Below are positions 30,350 through 42,114 of a DNA stretch of 64,000 bases, in pieces. How positions within the stretch are numbered: position 1 is the first letter of the stretch; each line of letters starts with the position of its first letter. The stretch is from an uncultured delta proteobacterium (GTDB lineage Bacteria > Desulfobacterota > Binatia > UBA9968), in the NCBI GenBank assembly GCA_963745835.1, contig CAVUZH010000008.1, positions 64,001 through 128,000 of the forward strand, written 5' to 3'. The notes under the pieces were generated by a model. That model was not told the origin of the DNA. It saw nothing but the letters and a program-made list of their open reading frames with translations, and did not search any database. The position numbers and the translations under genes were made by a program.

Positions 30350-31030
30350 ATGATTCAAGACAATCCTGAGATAGACAAGTTCAAACAACAGCTACGTGAT
30401 TCGTTGCAGAGTGAAACGCTCAATTCCCGCTCCGTCAAAGTGCCGCGACATGAAAATGTCTACAATACCGGCGATGGCGACGGGATGATCTATTTTATCG
30501 AGACCGGCCAAATAAAGCTGTTGATGCTCTCCAGCGAAGGCAAAGAATGCATACTGGGCATCCACACTGCGGGCGACATCTTCGGCGAGCTGTGCCTCTC
30601 CGGTTTGGGCGAACGCTTGGAGACAGCCACTGCGATGAAGGCAACGAGCTTAAAGCAAATACCATCCATCCAATTCTTCGCGCGTTTGGGGCGGGATTCG
30701 TTATGGCAGGGATTCGTGCGTTACCTCGCCGTGCGCATCGCCGACCAGCAGCAGATCATCGCCAATCTGGTAACGGTCGATAGCGAGCAGCGACTGGGCC
30801 AGACATTGTTGCAGCTGGCCCGGACAATGGGCAAGAAAGACCCGCGCAGTATTCGCATCGAGCTTAGGATTACGCACGAAGAATTGTCGGAGATGGTCGG
30901 AACCACCCGGCCCCGGATCAGCTTGTTCATGCAAAGATTTCACAATCTGGGATTAATCGAGACCAACAAAGATCGTTTTCTCGTCATCAAAGAAAATAAG
31001 CTCACCGATTATCTCGCGCAAATCGCCTGA
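30350..31030 (+). CDS. Crp/Fnr family transcriptional regulator
   Basis: cNMP-binding domain (YFIETGQIKL, GDIFGE) and HTH ITHEELSEMVGTTRPRIS. Confidence 0.93.
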   Translation: MIQDNPEIDKFKQQLRDSLQSETLNSRSVKVPRHENVYNTGDGDGMIYFIETGQIKLLMLSSEGKECILGIHTAGDIFGELCLSGLGERLETATAMKATSLKQIPSIQFFARLGRDSLWQGFVRYLAVRIADQQQIIANLVTVDSEQRLGQTLLQLARTMGKKDPRSIRIELRITHEELSEMVGTTRPRISLFMQRFHNLGLIETNKDRFLVIKENKLTDYLAQIA

Positions 31031-31057
31031 TTGCGGCGGCGCCGCGCAACATTTGAT

Positions 31058-32671
31058 CTAACTTTTTAAAGCCGGTAACGCAATGAAGAATGACGTCCCT
31101 TTGCCCGGTTCACTGTGGTACGTAATCGATCCGCCGTGGGCCGTGACTACTTGACGAACCACCACCATGCCGATACCCGTTCCGCAGACCTTGGTCGTGG
31201 CGAAGGGTTCGAAGATATCCATATCCGGCCGAATCCCCGTGCCGGTGTCAGCAATTTCAGCAAGAACGCCAGTTTCCGTCGACGACGCCTTGACGGTGAT
31301 CTTGCCGCCGCCGGGCATGGCCTCCGCGCTGTTCTTGTAGAGATTAAGGAGGACCTGTTTTAATTTGTCACGGTCGGCAGAGATCGATGGGAGATTCGGC
31401 TCAAAGACGTGGTCGAAATGAATTTTCTGATGCGCCCAAATCGCGCGGCAAGTGTCCGCTACCTCTTTGATCAGCGCAGCGATACTTACCGGATGAAAGT
31501 CATATGTCTCCTTCCGTGAGATCATGCGGAATTGCTGCAGCAATGCGTTCAGACGGGCAGTCTCGCTGATGATAGTCTTAAGATCGGATGCGAGCTGTCC
31601 ATGCACCGGAATCTCCTCCTTCGCCAGCTCGCGCTCCAGTAATTGAGTGGTCATATAGATATTGTTAAGCGGATTGGCTATTTCATGGGCGATTTTGGCC
31701 GCCGTCGCGCCGATCGCCGAGAGCCGTTCGCTTTCGACCAATTGCTCCTGCAGCCTGGTCTTGTCGGATATGTCGCGAATAAACGCCGCATAGTGAACGT
31801 CCTCGTCGGTTGGAATTTCGGTGACAGACAGCTCAATGGGAAACACATCGCCGTTCTTGCGTTTCGCCGTCACCGTGCGAATTCGGCCAATGGCGTGAGC
31901 TTCGCCGGTCCTCTCGTAACGAGCAATGTATTCGTCATGCTGCGACACATAGGGTTCCGACATGAGTACGTTTACTTTTTGCCCCGCTATTTCGTTCCTG
32001 CTATAGCCGAAAGTTCGCTCTGCCGCCGCATTGAACAGCACGATTCTGCCTTTTCTGTCGATGGATAAAACGGCGTCCTGGGTTGTTTCGACCAGCCTGC
32101 GGGACCAGCTTTCGGCCTTCTTTCTTTGTGAAATGTCGAGGATGGCGACCTGGCTTTCATGCGCAACGCCCAGAGCAGGATCGGCTACCGCACCCCCGAC
32201 CAATTCAACATCGATTAGAGCGCCGTCGTGGCGCGTGAGCTGCAACTCGCAGGATTCTCGATGTCCGGGTTGAAAAAGCTTGTGAAAGAGCCGGTCGAAT
32301 TCATCCCGGAACCCGGGACTGACAAAACTCCGGAACGATCTCTTATGCAGATAACGCTTCTCTGTGCGCAGCATCTGAGCACAGGCAAGGTTGACCTGCT
32401 GAATCTGTCCCTTTCGGTCAAAGCTGCAAAAGCCAATGGGGGCAAATTCGTACAACTCGGCATACTTGCGCTGCGACTCTTCCGCACTGACCTGACTTCT
32501 GCGCAGCTCTTCGTTTTGCATCTCCAGTTCGACACGGTGCACATCCAATTCGTGGATCACCTCGGCAGCACGTTGATGGACGATCCGCGGCGTGCTCTTG
32601 CCGGCCTTTTTCAGCAAGTCCTCCGCCCTCTTACGCAGGTTGACTTCTTCTTTATCTTTTTCGCCCATCAC
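31058..32671 (-). CDS. Cytoplasmic PAS-PAS histidine kinase with FixL-like heme-PAS
   Basis: HRVELEMQNEEL coil, VNVLMSEPYVSQHDEYIARY..TG...IG (FixL-type), AHEIANPL H-box, DTGTG and GTGIG G-boxes. Confidence 0.9.
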   Translation of the reverse strand: MMGEKDKEEVNLRKRAEDLLKKAGKSTPRIVHQRAAEVIHELDVHRVELEMQNEELRRSQVSAEESQRKYAELYEFAPIGFCSFDRKGQIQQVNLACAQMLRTEKRYLHKRSFRSFVSPGFRDEFDRLFHKLFQPGHRESCELQLTRHDGALIDVELVGGAVADPALGVAHESQVAILDISQRKKAESWSRRLVETTQDAVLSIDRKGRIVLFNAAAERTFGYSRNEIAGQKVNVLMSEPYVSQHDEYIARYERTGEAHAIGRIRTVTAKRKNGDVFPIELSVTEIPTDEDVHYAAFIRDISDKTRLQEQLVESERLSAIGATAAKIAHEIANPLNNIYMTTQLLERELAKEEIPVHGQLASDLKTIISETARLNALLQQFRMISRKETYDFHPVSIAALIKEVADTCRAIWAHQKIHFDHVFEPNLPSISADRDKLKQVLLNLYKNSAEAMPGGGKITVKASSTETGVLAEIADTGTGIRPDMDIFEPFATTKVCGTGIGMVVVRQVVTAHGGSITYHSEPGKGTSFFIALPALKS

Positions 32672-32711
32672 TTAGTCCGCCTTCCGCAGAGTAAGAGGCC
32701 TCTGCTTGCGC

Positions 32712-35699
32712 TCACTGCGCTCCCGTAGTGTCCTCGATGGCGAGCAGAATTCTGCCCGTATCGATATCCTCCCGGTAAACTTTACGGGCGTTCAAGAGCA
32801 TCTTCTTGTGTCCAATGCCAGGAAAATCATGCTCAACGGCGAAATCTTGAAAAGAAGCGTTAGTGGTTAGGATTTTCTCCAGCAATTCTCTCAGGCTGGG
32901 GATATTCCACTGCCCGTGGCCCAACTCGTAGAGCAACACCCCTTCCGTGGACCCGGGTTGCACTTGGAAGGTTTGGTAAAAAGACCGGCTAGCCGTAATT
33001 ACCTTCAAATCACCATCCAGAACCACCAGTGAATCGCGGATCGTCGCGACGATGCTCTTAGATAATCAAGCATCTCCTGCTGAACCAAAGCCCTCTTACT
33101 TTCAGTGATATCCGTGAATGTGATCACAACACCGTCAACCAAGTCGTCCACGGTACGGTAAGGCATGATGCGACTAAGGTAGGATCGACCCTCATTGTTT
33201 CTCACCTCCATCTCATTGGGGATGAGCGTCTCAAGGACTTTCTTCGCTTCCGCATGGACGGGCAATTCCAGGTTGAAAACAAGATGATTCAGGGGTCTTC
33301 CAATATCAGTTGGGATCAAATTCACGATTTTGGTCGCTGCAGGAGTGAATCGCTTGATGAGCAGACTGCTTATCGAGAATAAATGGTGCAATATTTGTGT
33401 TATCGAGCAGATTCCTCACGTCGTCGTTCATGACCGTCAATTCGTCGATCTTACCCTGAAGCTCCGCATTGACTGTCACCAGTTCCTCGTTAATCGATTG
33501 CAGTTCCTCCTTCGAGGTTTCTAATTCTTCGTTAGCGCTTTGCAATTCCTCATTAGTGGACTGAGACTCTTCATTTGCCGATTTAAGCTCCTCGTTGGAC
33601 ACCTCCAAATCTTCGATGCTCCTTTTGAGATGCTGTCGAGCAAGCTTCAACTCGCTCTCCAGTTGAGTGCCATAGCCCGCTCCCCTGCGCTTTGGCGTGC
33701 CCTCTTTCATCTCAACGCCAATATCCTCAAAAGTAACCACCATCATCCCAACGCTTCCGTCCGGCTTGACCTGTAACGGCTCGATGCTGATTTTGATCTT
33801 CTTAAGTTCCGTCTCGGGGCTCAAGATCAAACCTTCCACCACAACCCGTTTCTTTCGGATAGCGGCTTCGTGAATGGCGGCGGCCAACGCATCTTTAATA
33901 CCTGGATGGGCCATATCGTGAATATTCAACGCGGCGTGCCCCTGAGGCAGCTCCAGGTACTTTCCAGCTCGGCCGAAGGCATACACGATGTCGCCGTTCT
34001 GATTGATGAGCACAGATGGGGAAGTATATCCTTCCAGGAGCTTCTTTTCAGTCAGATTCGTGACGACCGGGCCGTTATCGTCCTTCTTCTTTCCGGGCCG
34101 CCCAGGCGCAAGGTCGGGTCGGGCATGCGTTAGAGGCCTGACAAGGATCTCCCCAACGGCTTCATTGGCGAAAGCTCCGCCATTCCTCCGTCTAAAAATT
34201 TTGGATTTCTTATCCACTGGAGAAAAGAGATGACTGAAGATGCCGATGCTCTCTGAGGTGCCTAGAAAGAGAAGACCTCCGGGCTTCAGAGCATAGTGGA
34301 AAAGACGCAACAACTGCTTTTGTAATTCCGCTTCCAGGTAGATCAAGAGGTTTCTGCACGTAATTAAATCCAATTTGCTAAACGCCGGGTCCCTGATGAG
34401 ATCTTGTTCGGCAAAAACCACCATGTCGCGGAATTCTTTTTTGACGCGGTATACGCCGTTGTCTTTGAGGAAGAACCGCTTCAACCGCTCGGCCGTGAGT
34501 TCGGAGACAACGCTCCCTGAATACACGCCCGCGCGAGCCAAGCTGATTGCCTCGCTGTCGACATCCGTCGCGAAAATCTGTACTCGAAAGCGTTTCTTAA
34601 GTTTGCTCATGCACTCATAAAGCAGGATCGCGAGCGAGTAGGGCTCTTCCCCGGTGGAGCAGCCGGGAGTCCAGATCCGAAATGTGCTGTCCTTGGGGTG
34701 TTTCCGTAAAGTCGCACTGAGTACTTTGCTCAGGCTCTTAAATGCCTCAGGATCGCGAAAAAAGTGGGTGACACCGATGAGCAATTCTTTAAAAATGGCA
34801 TCTATTTCCAATGGATTTCGTCGAATAAAACCAAGGTAGGAAGACAGGCTCTTGATGCGCTGCACGCCCATCCTTCTTTTAACCCGCCTGCTGATGGTGC
34901 TCTTTTTATACGATGAAAAATCATGGCCGGTTTGGGACTTAAGCAGACGGAATAACTCCTCCATCGATTCTGCAGGTTGTTCCACGTGCGTACCAACATC
35001 TCCTTTAAGATGTCGGTCGCTCACATATTTCATCAACTGGGCCGGCATCTTTTCCGCCGGCAAGCTATAATCGACGAGACCGGTTGCAATGGCGCTCCTG
35101 GGCATCCCATCGTATTCGGCCGACGCTGTCGCCTGGGCCATCGCCATGCCGCCTTCGGCTTTGACATCCCGGAGTCCCAACGTCCCGTCGGTACCGGTTC
35201 CCGAAAGGATGATGCAGATAGCCCGCTGCTTCCGGTCCCGCGCTAAAGAGCGAAAAAAAGTGTCTATGGGAAATCTCTGCCCATGCGGCTCCGAAGGTTT
35301 TTTCAATACCAACGTCCCGCGTACGAGGGTCATTTCTTTGTTGGGGGGTATGACGTAAATGCGGTCGCGCTCGACACGTATGCCGTCTTGGGCTCTGTCC
35401 ACCATGATCTTGGTGTATCTCTTCAGCAAATCGGGCAGCATGCTGCTATGCTTTGGATCCAGGTGAGAAATTACGATGAAGCTCATCCCGCAATTGACCG
35501 GCATGGTTGAGAAAAAACTTTCAAGCGCTTTCAGACCGCCCGCAGAAGCGCCGATTCCGACTATGTGAAAGCCGTCCTTCCGATCTTCAGATACTGCAGC
35601 GGAGTCGCTGGTTCGGCGCACCTTGGCTAATTTCCGACTGGCGGGCTTAGCGGCTTTTTTTGCAAAGATTTTTCCGCTTTTTCTAGCCACCATTGTCAT
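32712..35699 (-). pseudogene. CheB/CheR fusion with coiled coil and PAS domains, frameshifted near 33360-33390 and 33050
   Basis: GIGASAGG, SHL, ILSGTGTDG (CheB), IGVTHFFRD, GCSTGEEPYS, CRNLLIY (CheR), EELQSANEELETSKEELQS. The PAS parts lie in ORFs 33005-33391 and 32712-33026. Confidence 0.88.
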
Positions 35700-36458
35700 A
35701 AACGGGGTCAAATATCCGATATACTAAGGCTCGTTGTGAACTTTCAAAAGCAAAAAAAACAGCTATTGTTGTATACTTTTGCTCCGCTTATTGATCACGA
35801 TACGGATCGCGAGATGAGGGGTACATTCCTTATACGCGCCTTATCAGGTTGCCGCAAACCCATAGACTCACCGTCCCATGCCGTTCAGACCCAGACTCAT
35901 GAGCCTCTGCTGTGAGATTATCGTGATCTGCTGCCCTGAGTTTCATCTCTTGCAGTGCATCAAGTAATACTTTGCTTTGCCGAGCGGCGATATTCTTTGA
36001 TGCCAAACACAACGAACGAACTTTGCTCTTCTTTTCCAAGCAAGCAATCCAACTCAAGCCTTGCAGAAAAAACAATTGCCATATCGCCCGACAGCTTCGA
36101 TTCTGAAGCTATGGCAGGAGCTACCGAAACTGTTGAAGCGCCTGTTAAGTTTCGACGTCATGCAGGGGTAAGCACGCCGGCTCGCCGAACTACTCACTCC
36201 AGGATCGTTCACTATTAGACAGCAATCAATTCGGAGCGTGATATCTGTCATTAGAGATCCGGCAAATAACTACCCGGATGCCAGGGCAAGCTTTGTTCCA
36301 AGTGGATCCCTCGAGCAGTGTCCGTGAAGCTTCCGAAACCTTGGTGATCATGGCACCGCTGGGCCGAGCCAGGATCTGTCGCTCGCACATAGTTAGCGGC
36401 GCCGTCTGAGCGCGCCATTTCGTCAACTTAGCTCAACCGGTTAAATAAGGAGAAGTCG

Positions 36459-36557
36459 ATGCAAGCAGTAGCGCCCTTTGTGGTGATGATCCTTGTTTTG
36501 GCAGTCATTTTTTATTTGGCTCATTGGGATGCGAACCGGGTTAAAGGCAAGCGCTGA
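36459..36557 (+). CDS. 32-aa single-TM small protein
   Basis: AAGGAG RBS then MQAVAPFVVMILVLAVIFYLAHWDANRVKGKR*. Below the ORF-track length cut-off. Confidence 0.5.
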   Translation: MQAVAPFVVMILVLAVIFYLAHWDANRVKGKR

Positions 36558-36843
36558 TCCTCCCCAACGTTCTCAGGTTCAGAGAAGACTTCAGCCGCTT
36601 AACTTCTCGCCGGCAGTGAGCGCACACATTTGCGCGGTGAGCCCACAGAGACGATCTGCCGACCATCAGTGCGGATGTCCGTAATAGACTTAGGAGCCGC
36701 ACAAAATATTTTTTCACGATTGTCCACTATTAGACAGTACCGATTTCGCTCTCGCGATACGCAGTGCTAGTCTAGAGATCTGACGTTTCGAATAGGGTCT
36801 CGGGCACGACAGAGCCATACATACTTCAAAGGAGCAACAATTG

Positions 36844-37654
36844 ATGGAGCGAACAAGCGAGGGAAACGGCTTTCCAAATAAATCCCCTGGCTCGGAATCT
36901 AAACATATCGCCGATGGGATTACGCCGCTTAAGGCAATAGCGGGCGGACTGCAGCCGCACCACAAACAGTCGCAGCAACGAGCGCAGGTGAGGCGGTTTA
37001 CCGCTCTCTTGAATACGACGGCCGCCCTCTTTGCACATGAAGTTGCCAGCCCTCTTCAAGGAATGGCCGCCTCACTCCAACTGATCGAGCGCGACCTCAA
37101 AACAAACCATGATCCGCTATTGACAACAACGATGCGCAGTTTCAGGCGAGAAGTCGATCGTTTGATTATCTTGCTTGAGGAGTTTCGCTCCGCTTCGGTT
37201 CCGCAAAATTTAAATCTTACCGGCAGTGATTTACGACAGGTAGTCGAAGACGCCTTAGCGATACAGCTGGTCGTCTATCAGACTGCCGGAGTTAACATTA
37301 AACTAGAATTTAAGGACGGCTTGCCGGCTGTTAAATTAGACACGGCAAAAATAAAGCAGGTAATCTTGAATCTCTGCAGAAATGCCCTCGATGCCATGCC
37401 CCAAGGAGGAGATCTAACGATTAGAGGTTACTCCTTGGGCGCCACTGTAGTTTTGGAGATCACAGATACGGGGATTGGTATGCCGGAGGGTATCAGATCC
37501 TTTCGCATTATTTCAGACCACGAAGGTGCATGGTAGCGGCTTGGGCCTGCCGATTGTAGAACAAATCGTCTTGGCCCATAACGGCACGATCGACTATACA
37601 AGCGAGCCTGACCTGGGTACGACATTCAAAATTATTTTTCCCGCTGCAGTTTAG
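36844..37654 (+). pseudogene. Sensor-less histidine kinase (HisKA + HATPase), frameshift near 37505
   Basis: [51 protein letters not shown] continues in another frame to TAG at 37654. Confidence 0.8.
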
Positions 37655-37809
37655 ACAACGCCTCGTCGGAGCAGTTTCCGGCCGGCGACAGTGTACAGGT
37701 TTTACAGGTTTTACCTGCCAGGAGTGCTACACGGCGATTCTGGCTCTGCCAGCATCGATGCCGCACCTTCGTTCCGCTAATTTGCTGGCGTTTAAGTTTT
37801 AGGAGGACA

Positions 37810-38916
37810 ATGAAATCGAGCAGATCGTCCGAACCATTGCTGGTCTGGCAAGTTCTTAGCCGCAGCAAGCATCAGAGGCTTCCCAATGCAGTTACTGCCA
37901 AACTGAAAAGATTCAAACCCACCTGGTACAAGACGATTGCGACCTATGGATCTTCGGATCTTCGCAAATCGCTTTGGCAAGTGCTCAACACCTTCGTTCC
38001 TTATTGCCTTCTGTGGGCGCTGATGCTCCATTCAGTTCAACGAGATTATCCCTACTGGATCACTCTCGCTTTGGCGATCCTAGCAGGTGGAATGATGGTA
38101 CGCATCTTCATTCTCTTCCATGACTGTTGTCACGGTTCTTTCTTCTCCTCTCGTTGGGGGAACACAGTCCTGGGCTATGTCTCAGGCATTTTCACATTCA
38201 CACCGTTTGAAGACTGGAAGTATGGCCACAATTCGCACCATGCTACGGCTGGAGACCTCGACCGCCGGGGTATCGGCGATATCTGGACGATGACAAGAGA
38301 GGAGTATCTGGCAGCCTCCCCACGAAAACGACTCAGGTATCGATTCTATCGGAATCCCTTCGTCTTGTTCGGGCCGGGTGCAGCGCTCTTGTTCTTGATC
38401 ATCCAGCGATTTCCTACCAAAGGCGCCGGAAAGAAGGAGCGCAGAAGCGTGCTCTTCACCAACTTGGCACTGCTGGCAATCGTCGCCATCGCCACCTTCG
38501 CGATCGGTTTTGAGACGTATCTGCTGATTCAGCTGCCGATTATTCTGATTGGCGGAACCTTTGGATTATTGTTGTTCTACGTCCAACATCAGTTTGAGAA
38601 TGTGTATTGGGCACGGCACGACTCTTGTGATCCTATGCGGGTCGCCCTAGAGGGTAGCTCGTATCTGAAGCTGCCGAAAGTTCTGCAATGGGTTACAGGC
38701 AACATCAACTTGCATCACATCCACCACGTTCGACCCAATATTCCTAACTACAAACTGCAACGCTGCTACGATGAGGTTCCGGCGTTTCAGGAAGTTAAAC
38801 CCATCACTCTCTGGAAAAGCTTCAGTTTGCTGCGACTAGGACTGTATGATGAAGCGCAACGAAAGATGATAAGTTTTCGATCGTTGAAAGTTACGCCTTT
38901 TGATAGCCCCGCATGA
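37810..38916 (+). CDS. Membrane fatty acid desaturase (Des/DesA-like)
   Basis: Three His boxes HDCCH, HNSHH, HHIHH, plus YVQHQF and IPNY. Confidence 0.93.
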   Translation: MKSSRSSEPLLVWQVLSRSKHQRLPNAVTAKLKRFKPTWYKTIATYGSSDLRKSLWQVLNTFVPYCLLWALMLHSVQRDYPYWITLALAILAGGMMVRIFILFHDCCHGSFFSSRWGNTVLGYVSGIFTFTPFEDWKYGHNSHHATAGDLDRRGIGDIWTMTREEYLAASPRKRLRYRFYRNPFVLFGPGAALLFLIIQRFPTKGAGKKERRSVLFTNLALLAIVAIATFAIGFETYLLIQLPIILIGGTFGLLLFYVQHQFENVYWARHDSCDPMRVALEGSSYLKLPKVLQWVTGNINLHHIHHVRPNIPNYKLQRCYDEVPAFQEVKPITLWKSFSLLRLGLYDEAQRKMISFRSLKVTPFDSPA

Positions 38917-39582
38917 GCAATATCCTCGCCGCGCCATTCCGACCTGACCGGTAACCAACGGCCAAACGCTCCCTTCCATCGGGCAATTTTTCAGCTCGTC
39001 CTAACTAAACTCGGGACATCGATTTTGCGAGATCGGTTCAAACGGCTCTCTTGCCGCACACGCATCTTCGGCCACAGCCGATTGACCTCGGAGCCCTAGA
39101 TCTACTCAGGTGACTTTTGAAAGGACAGCCATAATTCAGGGGGCTAAAGTGCGCCACAGCATCTACTCAGAGCGGGCGAGGAAGATCGGCTCATAAGCCG
39201 AAAATCCCAAGTTGTGGAAGTTGTACGAGGGCGAAACGAGAGATTAGCGCGGGTGTATTTCTGCCGGGAGATCCGTTATCACGCAAAAGCCACATGCAGG
39301 CCCCGGGAATCCGCTTTCAACGATGGCGTCGTACCGGCGAGCACCACGGATCAGTACTGGATAGATCCCTTTCAGAGGGTCTGTGTTTAAACTCAATCGA
39401 ATAGTATGTTGTCTGTCATTTACCGCGATACGAAGGCACGATAACGGAGAGTGCGAGAAAGAGCTCGTTCACCATCTATCACCTGCCTCTCTTCGTATAT
39501 TCGCGGGCGAGCGGAGTGAAGACACTTGATTTTGGCCACTAGCTCTCTGACCTAAACACGTATCGAATCAAATCGAGACAGT

Positions 39583-40815
39583 ATGGCACCTTGGCTAAGA
39601 CTTACGCCCACCGCACGCGGTTTGATCACGCTCTATGCCAGCACGCTGCTTTCGGGAATGTGGTCGATGCTCGTGCCGAGTATTCCTGTTATGGCGACTC
39701 ATTTCGGCATCACTCCAGGCACCGCCGCCCAAATCGTCACCGCTTTAGCCTTCGGCAGGCTTGTAGGCATGCCGATCAGCGGAGTCGTTCTCGATCGTCT
39801 CGGGGCACGTACCGCACTGGTTGCGGGACCTGGACTGGCCTGCGCGGTCGCGCTTTTGGCCGCCATCGTGCCGTGGTTCAGTATCATTCTGCTCTTGCTT
39901 TTTGTTCTCGGCATTGCCGAAAGCATTTGGGTGATCGCGCGCGAGGTAGCCGGCATCGATCTGGCGCTTCCCAATCAACGTGGACGGGTCCTCAGTGGGT
40001 TTCACGGCGTTAATTATTTGGGGTTGGCGTTGGGCCCTCTAGCCGGAGGCTTCCTGGCTGAAACCAGCGGCTTTCGGGGAGCATTTATCGCCTACGCCGC
40101 GTGTGCGGCAATCTCTGTGCTGCTCGGCTTCACCGTAGAAAATTCTCGAACTCCTCACAACTTTCAAGCCGCCACTGCGACAGAAGGTTGGAGCATAACT
40201 GCTTGGGTGAAACGATTGCACACGGTGAGAGACCTGATCGATCAGATTCTGCCGCACTTGCGGGCAACTTACGTTGTGCTGGTATTTGCCACTTTCACCA
40301 GTTTCATACACCGGGTCACGACCCAAAGTATGTTGCCGCTGTTCGCGACAACTGGGCTGGGACTCTCACCCAAAGAAGTGGGACTCTTGTTCACAATCTC
40401 AGGGGTAGCTGCCTTTATAATGATTCTCCCTGCAGGTTTCGTGATCGACAAAGTGGGGCGTAAGTGGGCAACAGTGCCGAGTACCGGAATCCCAGCCCTG
40501 GCGTTTTTGCTCATTCCGTTCGCCGGTAATTTTTTCGAGCTGGCTCTACTAATGTTCTTTCTCGGCATCGCCAACGGCCTCTCCTTGGGCTCCCTAGCCA
40601 CCTCCACTTTTGACGTTATCCCTATAAATGCTCGAGGACGCTTACAAGCGCTTCGACGAACCATCGCCGAACTTGGTGGCGTCGGCGCGCCTTTGGCGGG
40701 AGGCGTTCTCGCAGACAATTTCAATCCCGGAGTGCCGTTTCTCGTCTATGCTCCGCTGATCATCCTATCGGCTGTACTGCTGGCGTTTATCGCTCGTGAA
40801 ACGTTGCAGAGATAG
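39583..40815 (+). CDS. MFS transporter
   Basis: About 12 hydrophobic segments, with GVVLDRLGAR and GFVIDKVGRK motif A repeats. Confidence 0.9.
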   Translation: MAPWLRLTPTARGLITLYASTLLSGMWSMLVPSIPVMATHFGITPGTAAQIVTALAFGRLVGMPISGVVLDRLGARTALVAGPGLACAVALLAAIVPWFSIILLLLFVLGIAESIWVIAREVAGIDLALPNQRGRVLSGFHGVNYLGLALGPLAGGFLAETSGFRGAFIAYAACAAISVLLGFTVENSRTPHNFQAATATEGWSITAWVKRLHTVRDLIDQILPHLRATYVVLVFATFTSFIHRVTTQSMLPLFATTGLGLSPKEVGLLFTISGVAAFIMILPAGFVIDKVGRKWATVPSTGIPALAFLLIPFAGNFFELALLMFFLGIANGLSLGSLATSTFDVIPINARGRLQALRRTIAELGGVGAPLAGGVLADNFNPGVPFLVYAPLIILSAVLLAFIARETLQR

Positions 40816-40890
40816 ATGCGTGCCGAGAATTGCAAGACAACAAATGATGACGACAAGCCGGATGCAAGCACATGAGTTTCCAGATATTTG

Positions 40891-41788
40891 TTAAGCGCCT
40901 TTTTTTTCTCCTGGGGCTTTGCCTTCTGCGCTTGCATGTTCGAGTTCGGCATTGATTTCACCGCCCACCAAAATGACGAATCCGCTGACGTACATCCAGG
41001 TCAGCAGCACGATGATGGCGCCGATACTGCCGTAGGTCTTGTCATATGAGCCGAAGTTATTAACGTAGTACGAGAAACCCAGTGAGATGAGTATCCAAAT
41101 AATCACGGCAAGAACGGATCCCGGAGTAATCCATTTCCAACTCTGATCGACATCGGGTGCGAAGTAATAGATCGCGGCGACGGCGGTCATCAACCAGAAT
41201 TAAGATGACCGGCCAGCGTAGAATATTCCAGGCGATCTCGAAGGCTCTTCCCAACCCAACAAGGTCGGCAATCCAACCCCCGATCTGCGGCCCGAACATC
41301 AAGAGAACGATCGAGGCAATCAGAAAGATCGATAGACCAACGGTTAATAGGATCGCCATACCGCGAACTTTCCAAAAGGGCCGGCCTTCTTCAACGTCAT
41401 AGGCATGGTTTAGAGCATCCGAAATCCCGGTAAGCGCGCTGGACGCGGTCCAAAGGGCCGCCACGATGCCAAATGAGAGCAGCCCGCCGCGTTGTTGTGA
41501 AACCAGCTTGCCGACATTATCTTTTACCAAGCTCAATGCTTCACCCGGCATAACCTCGGCTAGCAAGCCGATGATCCGGTCCATCAGATTTGGAATCGGC
41601 AGATAAGCCAACAATGCGGTCAAAAAAAGAAAGAACGGAAAGAGCGCAAACAGGAAATAGTAGGCAAGCGAAGCCGCGTAGACTGCGCAATTGTCCTGCT
41701 GCACTTCGGCGATAACCCGTTTGATGAGTTGGGTCGCACGCACTCCACGCAGCGAAAAAGTATCTTTGAGATCTTGCTTGACGCTCAT
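40891..41788 (-). pseudogene. Second YihY/BrkB family protein, frameshift near 41190
   Basis: AASLAYYFLFALFP, LNHAY (ORF 41060-41788) plus YYFAPD, YGSIGAIIVLLTWMY, GGEINA (ORF 40891-41193). Confidence 0.88.
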
Positions 41789-42114
41789 CAGAATCTGCCG
41801 CGCTTTGCGACGCTCAACTAGAGCAACGGACCGCCGGCAAAAACCGCAAAGCCTATGCCATGAAAAAAAGAAAATCGTTCGGAGAGCATTCCGGCCACTG
41901 TCTCAGCCATGCGAAAACAAAGGCTTCAACTCTCCATCTACGGGACGATGGTAGAGCCGCCATTCGGTATAGATAAATAATAAGGAGGAAGGTTTATCAT
42001 CGGCCTCGATGTGGTGGCGTGCAAGCGGAAACAGGAAGCGCAAAAAGCACGTTATGGGAGGTCTACTGGATTTTCAACGCTTTTGGTTTATCATATGTTT
42101 TCTCCGGGAATCAC

